From Chrysomallon squamiferum (lineage: Eukaryota; Animalia; Mollusca), in assembly GCA_012295275.1 (NCBI GenBank), contig CM022672.1, positions 28,582,001 through 28,646,000 of the forward strand: DNA of 64,000 bases. Reading direction: 5' to 3'. How positions within the stretch are numbered: position 1 is the first letter of the stretch; the number at the start of each line of letters is the position of its first letter. Shown in pieces: positions 11,703 to 22,814 of this stretch. The position numbers were made by a program, and so were the translations under genes. The notes beneath the pieces are model-generated. The model was not told the origin of the DNA, searched no databases, and worked only from the letters and a program-made list of their open reading frames with translations.

Positions 11703-14700
11703 TCAACCAATAATGAGTCCATGTGGCACACAGGTCAAGAGATTCTGTACCCAGTATTTGTTATTTGGGCATGTTTTTAAGAAAGCGTCTCCATATTCAT
11801 CACATTGTATGTATTTAGTGCGATCTGTTGGATGAGGGAAAAACAGCAAATCACCATTGCTTACTGGATGCTTACATATATTTTGCAAACTAGAGAAAAT
11901 ACCAAGGATTGGATCTATGACTGTGTCATTGAAAATGCAGGTTAGATCAGCCTGGTCCCATTTCTTGTGAGGTGGACAACTCTTCACAATTCCATAGTCT
12001 GGCCAGTTCGTACAATCGATGTATTTAGTTGGATCTGGCGGATATGGGTGAAAGAACTTCTGATTGGCTATATTTTCTTTTGTGCATGGATCACCTAAAA
12101 CCTTTGCTGGAGTTGTCTGTGCTGTGTTGGGTGTTTGTGCTGTGATGAATCCTTTGGTGGATGGTGGTACTGTGCTAGGTGGTTCTCCAGGAATACATAA
12201 ATTGGTTGGGCTGAAAATGTGATGGGGCGGACACAGAAAGACATAATCAGTTCCGTTGGTAGGACAGTAAACAAATTCTGTTGAACTGTGTGGGCTTTGT
12301 TTAAAGCTAGCCTGTCCTGGAGTACATGGATTAGGGATTGCATCTGAAATTTACAATAATACCTGTCTTAAAAAATGTTTTTCACCCTCGTTTAATTTCC
12401 AATACTGTCAAATATTCAATAATTAATATTTATATTGTCATCAGTTTTATGGAAAATTGAAATTATATATTATCCACATTATCTTGAACAGTGATAAAAA
12501 TATTATGATACTTACATGGTGGCTGGTGATACTGGAAATGAGTCTTCAGAATATCAAAAAGAGAACATGTTCGAATAATCCCTTTATCTATGCATGTCAC
12601 CTGAACATCTGTATGAAAAAATGTAATGATAATTACATCACATATACACATGAAATAAATAAGTAGGAATGAACAGGATAAGCAATAGCAGAAATAATTA
12701 AAATAATATATTAAGATTTTATGTAAAAAAAAAACATTAGTTTGAGAAACATACCTGGATTTATGAATTTTGGTTGAAAAGTAATTTTAAACTGACTAGT
12801 ACAACCCCCTATAATGTCAGCTGTGACATTCAAATATAGGGTCTTGTTTTCACGAGTAACAAAAACGACTGCACCAGTTTGAGGTGAAGCAGACATATGG
12901 AAATCACTGAAGGCTTTGCTGGGTGTAGGAGTAAAGAATGATCCATAGATGTTGATCTTTCCATTTGTTGGTACAATCTGAAAAGAAACATGAAAAAAAA
13001 AAAAAAAAATGATATACTGTATCAGAAAAGAAACACATGTGAAATATTCATGGTATAATCTATTTGATACAAAGTGGCAGAAATTTCATGATTTATGATG
13101 ACGTCATTGTAAAATTTGACACTGTTCTTGTAATGCACTGACAGCAGTGGAGGTGTTTTCATCACCAAACAGGGTCACAAGAGGGTGGTGAAATCAATAT
13201 CTAGTGTAGTCACTGGCTGAAGCAGTCATTACATGATGTCTCGTCAGCATAGTCTGAATGAGAGTCAAAATCTGAGCACATGAAATTCTAACCCATTCTT
13301 CCTGCAGAGCATATGACAGTTGCAGAAGTCTAAAGCTCCAGATGTTGTTGGAAAAACATTCATTGTGGTGTCTGTAAGCATGTCATCCCTCAAATCACTG
13401 TAGAAGGAAATTTGAAGAAAAAAGTTCCACCCCTGTACATTAATGCACCAGTGAATACATAAATGTTGACGTTGATGATGCAGGATGGGACCAACATATA
13501 GTTTCCTAAACTGTAACCAACATCTACAATTCACCTAACTGGAGGTGGCCTATTGCAGTGTTTGATTCAACAGGCTTAATCTTGGAATCTTGTAACTTGT
13601 CTATGTCAAAATGGAAATGAGGCAGTTTTTTAAAGAGTATATATATGTATGAGAATTTAAGAATACAAGCTTTTATTTATCCTTGCAAGAACAGGATGAA
13701 TTTTGTTTCAGAAATTCATTTATTTTTGTACATTTTGATACTGATACAAATAAATAAAACTGGTGAATAATTTTCATTAAAATGTTTTTGGTAAAAGTGT
13801 TTTAAAGCATGTGAAATGAAATGCTTTAATGAAATGAATACAACATTTGAGTGAAAATTAGTTTTACCATTGTTGTTGCTGCTAAGTCACTCGGGATACG
13901 AAACAGCTGACTTTGCTGACAGTTGAAGCTGTGGTTTCCTGGGGTTATAATTGTAGGTGCTGGTGTGAAAATAAAAATTTGATTACAGTAAAACTTGCTA
14001 TTATACTCATTTACATGTACATAAGTAAAAATGTTCTACTGCCAACTGATTTGATCAACTAAATTTAAACTTTTCATTGAAATATGATAAAATATTTTAA
14101 ACAAAAATGAAAATATATTAAGAATTTATTGCTAATTAAGTTTAAATGTAAACATACCTTTGCACGAAGCTTGCTGAATTTCATCCCTGAGAGAATTTAG
14201 ATCATTGTATCCGTGAAGTTTTATTACATGAGTACAGCTGGGTTTTGTGGCTACTCTATTCAGTTCATCATCTAATGTTTGGTTACCAACACCAATGGCA
14301 AATATCAGGATTCCCTTATGTTTGGCATCATCTGCTGCCTGAACTGTCTTCAGGTGGTCTGTTGATCTGCCATCAGTGATGAGTATTATAACTTTTGATG
14401 CATCTGGTCTAGAGCCCGCAGATAAAGTGAACACATTTTTGGAGACAAAATCAAGAGCAGTCCCAGTCTGTGTTGCTCCAGCTGCATAAGGGACATTTGC
14501 AATAGCATGTTTTATGTCAGTACTGGTCTGATAGTCCTTTAGGTAAAAGTGAACCTTGAAGTTAGTGCTGAATGTAACAAAAGAAATTTGAACTGCATTT
14601 GGTCCTATAGAGAAGCCATCAACCAGTTTTGATGCAAAATCTTTAGCTTTCAGGAAATCTGTCATTGATAGGCTGGAAGATGTGTCCACTAAGAAAACCA

Positions 14701-16024
14701 GATCTAGAGATTTCATGCTGCAAGCTAAAAATGTACACTAAATGTGAACATGCTCATTGTACATAACTATAATAAGTACAGCATAATTTGTATGTGTGTA
14801 GGAGAGACAGATATAGATAGAGAGGCAAACAGAAATTTAGCAAACAAAATACTATTGAATGGTTGTCAAAGACTCTACTAATTTAAAGCCAATAATTTTT
14901 AACATGCACACATTATAAATATTAGACCATTTGTCTAACATGCTTGGGATTGGAGGTGACCCTGATTTCTTTTTTTCCAGTTTTCTGGATAAAGGCTTCT
15001 TCTAAATAATAGGATATATATACTAATCAAAACACTGGAAGGTGAAAACAGATGTCTGATCAACAGCATGAAACAAAAATGACACCAGTGACTTTAAACA
15101 AATGCACTGATCTACAGACTCCATGTGACTAATCTGTACACTGTTAGGTTTATTAATGCTTTTCTGTAAATAAGGAACAATAAATAGTATTTTTTATGTA
15201 GTTTACATCATCAGTCTAATTCACCCAGAAACACATTTGATTGTTACTTTTACCGTTAAATCATTTGGATTAGTATAATAATACACTTTTAAAGCTGGTT
15301 TTCTGGAAAATTCTTGTTTTCTTGAAATCAGATAAATGGTCTGGTACTTGTAAATTAAATTACCATTGCGGAAATGTGAGAGAGTGATGAAAAAATGATG
15401 TGCTGCATTCATATCTGAATCGAAGTTCTTGGCATAGTATGCTGACTGCTTTTCTATGATTCGTGGTACTTGATCTTGTAGAGTAGACATAAATAAGGAA
15501 GCAGCAATTCCAGAATAGAGAGGTTTTGTCAGATCAGAAAGAGAAACTGTGTTCCAGTTGATGCCAAAGTGTGAGCTGATCACAGGAAATAAACTTTGTG
15601 TCATTCGGTTGCTTTTAATTTTATTAAGCTGAGTTGCATTTACCTAGGAATTGACAAAAGAGAAACCTTAATTGAACTAAAGAGAGAACAAATTAATAAA
15701 TATATAATATTATTGATTGTATAAGAAACAGATAAGTTATAATAAAATAAAAACAACAGTAATATAAAAAAAATAGTTATTCACCTGCCAGATGCCACCA
15801 CTGAAGGCAGTTACACTATTTGGCTTTGTTCCATCAACAGTTTTAACAAATGCTAATCTTCTCAAAAAAAGTTTGTCTGGTGGAAAGATGCAAGACTCTC
15901 TGATGAGATTTACAACAGCTTCAACTACATCAGATCCAGTGGCACCAGGAATTCTTGTCTGATCTGTGTTTTGACACAGAACAGTCGATGCCAACAATAA
16001 CAGTAGCCAGATCAACAGTGACAT
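11703..16024 (-). CDS. Secreted multidomain protein, about 711 aa: signal peptide, lysozyme-like domain, VWA, beta-rich domain, three CBM14/ChtBD2-like repeats. Exons: 16024-15785, 15643-15364, 14724-14158, 13959-13868, 12977-12755, 12608-12516, 12343-11703.
   Basis: All six introns are GT-AG with matching phases (2136 nt total). Hydrophobic N-terminus MSLLIWLLLLLASTVLC. VWA with MIDAS DTSSS, T of TQTG and ITDG. C-terminal repeats of the form C...PxPxDxTKYIxC...CP...W...C with a Thr/Pro linker. Confidence 0.88.
13015..13639 (-). mobile_element. Internally deleted Tc1-type transposon in intron 4 of the VWA/chitin-binding gene
   Basis: Minus strand encodes Tc1-like fragments AIGHLQLGE, YVGPILHHQRQHLCIHWC and the C-terminus ALQEEWVRISCAQILTLIQTMLTRHHVMTASASDYTRY* (13310-13194). 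Degenerate TACT-initiated inverted ends sit in TA context. Confidence 0.78.
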
Positions 16025-16080
16025 TGCAACATGCAGCCGGAGATGACAAGAAATGACACCAGTCAGATATGGTCAGATTT

Positions 16081-16087
16081 TTTTATA
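16081..16087 (-). promoter_or_regulatory. Candidate TATA box of the VWA/chitin-binding gene
   Basis: Minus-strand CTCTATAAAAAAA about 57 nt upstream of the ATG at 16024. Confidence 0.55.
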
Positions 16088-16849
16088 GAGAGGATTTGCT
16101 TTGATTATCCTGGGTGGAGAGTGGGAGTAAATGAACTTATTTATTATCATATATCCAGGGTGTCGCTGTCATGTTGTTGCAGGGTGGGATGATGCTAATG
16201 TGAGTTTTCAAATATTTTATACTAAAGTAAGATGTCAGTGTTGCTTAGTATCATAGGACTCAAATTTATTCATGCCCTTTGTTGTATGTTCAAGATAAAC
16301 TATTGCCTCTGTGAGTGGAGATTGCATTTAGTGCTTCCCAGGCAATTATCAGTAAAATAAACAGATATAAATACTGTTACAGACATTAAAACAAATGAGA
16401 AAGTTAAAATATTTTATTTGTGGGGTGTTGTTGTTAAAAATAATAGAAATAATGTTAGTGTTAATATAATGTACTTGATTATCCTTGTCAACCAACACAC
16501 AATGTGGATATTTTGCAAACTCTTTTTCATCCAGACTGCCACATCATTATTAAATAATAATTTATGTTAAGAATATATCTGTACTTTGCTGGCTGTGTGT
16601 GTGTTGGAAATATCACTGTTAATATAACAGGATTCTGTGCTGTCAGAATACAAATAATATTTATTATTCATTTGTATTTTATTTATTGATGTAAATTACA
16701 AATGAAATACATGTTAGTAATAAATTATACAATCAATATAATCTGAAAAGATATTAATTCATAAAGTTTTCCATTTTTTCAGTGTATATTAAAAAGTATT
16801 TTACAGTTTGTTATTGGCTGGTTGTATATATATCAGGTGTAAATTAATA

Positions 16850-16912
16850 CAGGTTAAAAATCTCTTATCCAAAATGTTTAGGTCTGGTAGTATTTCAGAT
16901 TTTGGAATTTTC
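16850..16912. mobile_element. Single end fragment of a Tigger/pogo-like MITE
   Basis: TA followed by CAGGTTAAAAATCTCTTATCCAAAATGTTTAGGTCTGGTAGTATTTCAGATTTTGGAATTTT, resembling Tigger-derived MITE ends. The partner end was not found. Confidence 0.45.
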
Positions 16913-17836
16913 TGTAGCATGCACAATGTCCTATAATGTCCTGATTATTGATGTCTCTCTCTCTCTCTCAGAAGCATAACTGTAGACATTTTAGCTGATG
17001 CATTAATGTATTGATCCTTCTACCAGGATTTTCATCCATACTATTTATCACTGAATAATGAAAAAAATAAGACAAAAATAAGCAATGCTATGCAACTCAT
17101 AAGTTTTCACTTGAGGCTTATTTTATATAAATGATTAGGTTTTAGAATTTTGCCATACAGTAACGTAACGAGCTTTTCATTGAAGTCAGTGAAGTATAAT
17201 TATTGTTATTTGATACTTAATGCACATAAACATATGCTTTGAAGAGACAGAAGATAAAAGTTTATCATTCTGGTTTTTGAACCTTGTAAGTAGATAATAT
17301 GGGTGTAGAGATCATTTTTTTGTTGTGTTTAGTTTTTAAAACCACTTAAGATAATTTGTTTTCATTTTTTTGAGTTTTGCTTTCAGTATATGCAAACATA
17401 TGCCCACACATTATGACAAATATATTTTCTAAATGTTAATATTTATTTCTAATTGACATGTTGAGTGCTTTTTATTTCAATGAATATAATTTTTGTTTTC
17501 ATTATTAGAAAAGCCAGAATGTTTTTACATGAACGACTGAATTTCAACTGAAGTATTAAAAATATATTTTTGACCATTTGCTATATAGTGTGTTATTTTT
17601 TTAATTTTTTTTTTAACAAAGTATAATTCTTTTCAGTCAGTACAAGAACTGATGATTGGTTAAGCTGTAATTTAAAAAAAATAAATAAATAATGTAATAT
17701 CATTTTATAAAAGATAATATAAAAGTTAACATTGTGACATTCAGTTATTTTATAAAAGTTTCAGTGTACAAGACCTGTAATCTATTAAGGTTTATCTTTA
17801 TGCATAGCATATTTCTCACAAAGAGCTGAATATAGA

Positions 17837-17838
<2 letters not shown>

Positions 17839-17872
<34 letters not shown>
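17839..17872. repeat. Poly-A tract (about 34 nt)
   Basis: Directly visible. Confidence 0.9.
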
Positions 17873-17874
<2 letters not shown>

Positions 17875-20800
17875 AAATGCCAAAAAAATATATTTAAGTT
17901 TGTTAAGAGACACACATTTATTTCCTGTTCAGTTATTGAATTAATAAAGTATTAATAGAAACATCTGAAACTGAGTTGTTCATTTTACTGTTCTTGTATA
18001 TACTTAGTTCAAATCATGTTTAAGTACCAAATTTGAATGGTTAATTTAAATTGTCTTACCTCCATAAAAGAAGAACCAAAACAAAACAACTATCCTCACC
18101 ATTATCAAATAATTAGTTATATAATTTTTCTCTCTTCAAATATGAAACCTTAAATTACAATAATACAGAGTAAAAGAACATTTGTTCCGCCCCCCCAATA
18201 TATGGTGGAACTAGTATTTTGCATATATTGCCAAATATCCACATTGCTTTAAGTTATAGAATTAGGGTGAAATATTCAAACTTGGATAATAACACATTTT
18301 CTTCAATATTTTCACACCAGCATATTAACTGTTCTTGGGATTTTGGTAACTGATGTAAGAAATATAAAGTCAAAAGCTGCAGAACTGATTATATATATAA
18401 TACTTGCAACAGTCCTTACAATCAGTATTTTAACTTTTCATTAAAAAAAAAATTTTCTTAACTTCCAACATATTTTTTCCCAGGCAAATTGTCCACCTAA
18501 TAACTCGTTTTGGACTTCTGGGACACCTTGAACACTTGCACCGGAATAGTGTCAGCAAAGTAACAATAATTTAGATGTCCATATTTTATTGAATAGCACT
18601 GGGCTGCATTGTAGAGTAATCCTCAGACATAGATGAAGACTGTAGTGTGGGATCAGACTTCAAAGAGGTGGAGGATGCTTGTTTCAGTCTTACATACCAA
18701 TTGGCATGAAGATGATCCAAAGGTAATAAAATAAATTTAAAGTGTTCTTTTGATGGAACATTATTAAAGATTTAAAATAATACTTATAACATACTGTTTT
18801 TCTAATTACTTACATATTATTGCTAGTAACAACTAATAACAGTAATAAAACAAATTCATACAGAAACATGGATATTGTTACTTCATGATCTCTCACCCCT
18901 GGAATGTATAATTGGTGCAATTTTGTAAGCCCTTCTTCAATTATACAAGCTATACCATCAGCTTCCCTTCCCTCCCCTCTCTTCATTCTTAGCCCCTTTG
19001 TTTCAGAAGCTGATTTTACATTACGTAGCCTTTATTTGTTACTTACTAATGTAGTGATTGGTGAAACACATATTTGTACACAGTAAGTTGAAAGCAGCAT
19101 CTGATTTTATGGTAACTTTTTTCAGTAACTTTGCAAAAAATCTAGAATAATTAAAATTCATAAGACAATTATGAGTTCCGAGAAAGAATTTGAGAGCCAA
19201 ACAAAAATTGGGTTATATGTTTGACTCACCTTATATAAGTGTGTGTGTGTGTGTGTGTGTGTATCTGTGCATGATATATTTACCATTCTGTTAAAGTTAA
19301 TTAAAGTTAATTTCCTTGTAGAAGCAATGTTCAAAATAAACATTTTAAATATAAAGAAACATACAAAGAACATTAAACACTCCAGTTATCATCTCTACAT
19401 GTGTAATAAAACAAAAAATAAAAATAAGTTGCAATTTAAATTTTTATAAAACATTTTTAATTTACATCATCATTCAAATAAATGAAATATTATGACAGTT
19501 TGTCCTATACTGAGCATTTTAAATTTCATTTTAAGCTATTTTTCTTGTTTGTGCCTCCAGGTTTTAATATAGTGGCAACATCCACTGGTGTATTTTTAAC
19601 AAGCACCTGATATTTTCACTTTTCCACTCTTTCTTGAATGAACATTTTCTCTTGAATGTGCTGTGTTATTTCGATTGCCTTTCCCTGGTGTGCATATCTG
19701 ATTTGATATGCACACTGCAATTTATTTCAATAATAACACATTATCTCTGCCACTTTCCCTGCACATATTTGTTTATTATGTTATATTGGGATTTTCTACT
19801 CTGATAAAAGAATTCTTCTTTATCCTTTCCTGAAGCCTCCAGTCATTATTAAAGATGAAATCGCCCCTGCACACTATTCTGCAATGTAACACCAGAATTT
19901 TCTTATTCCTATATATAGCTGTAGCTATCTGACTATATATTACCCTTTATAAAAAATTCCATTTGGACACCCCATTCTTCATAGACAGATCCTGAGGTTG
20001 TTAAATCTTACAAAAATGTACATTAAAATGTCAAAAATATTAATGGTGTATTCAAATAAACAAAGTCTCAACAATCTATGAAAAAACATCAAAATAATGA
20101 AACCAGTAGACAAAGGATTTGCAACTCATCTATTAAAGGAAAATTTTATCTGCGAAGCCCATGCACAACTTAGTAATGCAAATCATTAGGGAAAAACAGA
20201 TTCTACAGGACATCATATGATTGCATGAAGTGGTTTTCAAAGGATTTATGAATTAATTTAATAAAATGTTTTCAAAGGACCTATTATTATTTTTTATTTT
20301 TAGGAACACTTTTTCTGTAATGTTACATTTTTCACAGCTTTTGAGAAAGGATATCTTCTAAACAGTTTCTGAAATACTTTTAAATAGAAGAGTATTTGTA
20401 TACAACCCTGAATGTTTTTGTACATAATTTTAAAATGTTTTATGTATATGAATAAATGTTTTTAAAATAATAAAAATATTTCTAAAAACAACCCAGTACA
20501 ATAAAGTTAGCTTTAAAACCAAATGGACCAAAACACACTAAATATACATTACAATTGTCATCTTTAAATGAGCTCAAATCCCTAGAGATACAAGTAGAAA
20601 ATGATTTTTATTTTTAATAATAAAAAATTCACAAGCAGGTATTTTTTAATTCTTAGATACATAAATAGATACAAATAGTGTGTGTGTATTTTGAATACAG
20701 TTGTAATCTTGGTTAATTTAACCATGCTGACATTTTTTTTAATTTTTTTATTTTCAGTGAAAAGAAACAAAACAGAAAATCACTGGAAAGCTGTCATGTT

Positions 20801-21172
20801 CTGGTTCATCAGTGACTCTTTTAACAACTCCATTTAGAAAAATCATGATAAACAGATTTTTTTGGTCGTAATTTTATAGTTATTCTTTATTACTGGTCAA
20901 AAATAAAGAGAACAATCTAATGGAAAATAAACACAATGAACTTAGGTCATTTGTATATACCTTATTTTACATATTAAATACTTCTCTAGTTTTTGTATAC
21001 GATTTTATTGTTTTTGAAAATCTACATTTTTGTATTATTTGAAAGAGAAGTATGAAAGCAAATTTGAAGTGAGTTTATTTCACAAACAACGGTTATCTCC
21101 AACTGAAATGGATGAAATTCAATAAGTTGTTTGTATATTATCTCCATACTGGGAAAACCAATATTTCTGATA

Positions 21173-22769
21173 TCAGTCATCATCATCATCCTCATTCACC
21201 AGTCCTCCAAACACTTTCTTGGGTACAGCCTGAACATTCACCTCTGAAATTACAATTACAAATCTATTACAATGAGTGCATGCATCTCTGTGCTTTTGTG
21301 GACAATGTAATAGGTGCTAATACCAGGAAATCATTGAAGTACAATCCTGTTACTTATCACAATGAATGATTAATTTAATATTTCATTAATATTTTTATTA
21401 TACCTTCAACAGTTTCGTCTTCGTCACTTGAGAAATCATCGTCTATAGAAATCTCTTCTGGATTAGCAACTTTAGTAATGTCTCCCAATTCTTCACTTGT
21501 TGTGTTACTCCTTCAAAGAGATTCAAAACAGATTCAAGGTATTATAAATATTAAAAGAAAAGTAATTAATTAAAGTTTGTATTTTAAAGAGAAAACAAAA
21601 ATTGCTAAGTGAAGAACAAATATCTATCTATATCTCTCTATATCTAAATCTAAACGACACTGTTAACAAAATTTCACCATGGGTTAAAAGTAAGGTGAAA
21701 TTTAGTACAAAAGTCAATTATTTCACCAATCTTGTCCCTCTGTGTGAACCTGTAATAATCAAAGTAATACCGAAGCTGGACTCAACAGTAATGCTGAAAG
21801 TAGTCACTCACCTAACAAACAGTATTCCTTTGTCTTCTTTTGGTTCATCAAGGACTGCTTCTTCTGCTAATTTTCTTGCTTTCTCTTCAAGTTTCTTCAT
21901 CTGATCATCTTCACTGTTTCCTTCTGTAAGATAACACATATTTAGAATATCTAAAATATTTTGACTGAATGTAATGTGACAAATCACAAAAAGATATTTA
22001 CTGTCAACACAAAACTAATTATAAAGTACTAGTAAATTCTGTACATATTTCTGTACATAGTTTATATTGTTATGAAAAAAAAAAAATTAAATTAAACCTA
22101 CCTTCTTTTTCTCCTTTCACACTGGAAACTGCCAACATTTGAGCAGACATAAAATTCACCTGCAATAATAATATATTATTATATTTAAAAAAATAAATAA
22201 ATCAACATATAAATAGGTTCAGCAACATTTTTAAACAGTTATTTCTTTATTTCTGTTACAACATTTCACATACACAGCTATCAATTTGCTATTAATGTTC
22301 TTTACTGTAATCTTCTCACCTGTGTGTTGTAGATTGCCTGTACACTGCGTTTTATTCTTAACATCTCCCTAACGGTGTCTTCATTTCCATGCTTGATTTC
22401 AAATTCCTTCCATGTATCCCAGAACACTGGAGCAACCTTTAAAACCAGTAATAATGATCTGATTAATTAGCAGCTACTAGCTTAGAAAATATATAAACAA
22501 CAAGTTTAATAAAACAAAATTTAAAGTATCAATTTCCCAAACTAATATTTCACATATTGTGGAATTTCTGGATGAAGGCATCATAATAATGTGTATAGAT
22601 CAAAGGCTTTTATACATGTATTTGTTGAGAAGAAAAAATGAAACCAAAGAAAAAAAAATTGTTTGATGATCTCGATGCTAAGCTGACACAAATATAATTA
22701 TGATAGTAATCTAGATTATTCTTCTAATTCTAATAACTAATAGCTGCACTGGTGGCAATTTTTAAGTTA

Positions 22770-22814
<45 letters not shown>

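Noticed and set aside
12095-12343. 82-aa minus-strand ORF MQSLIHVLQD...
   Set aside because: It is the wrong reading frame of exon 7 of the VWA/chitin-binding gene; the spliced frame reads YAIPNPCTPG...
17839-17872. Poly-A as a retrocopy or SINE tail
   Set aside because: No upstream recognisable retroelement or processed gene, and no target-site duplication found.
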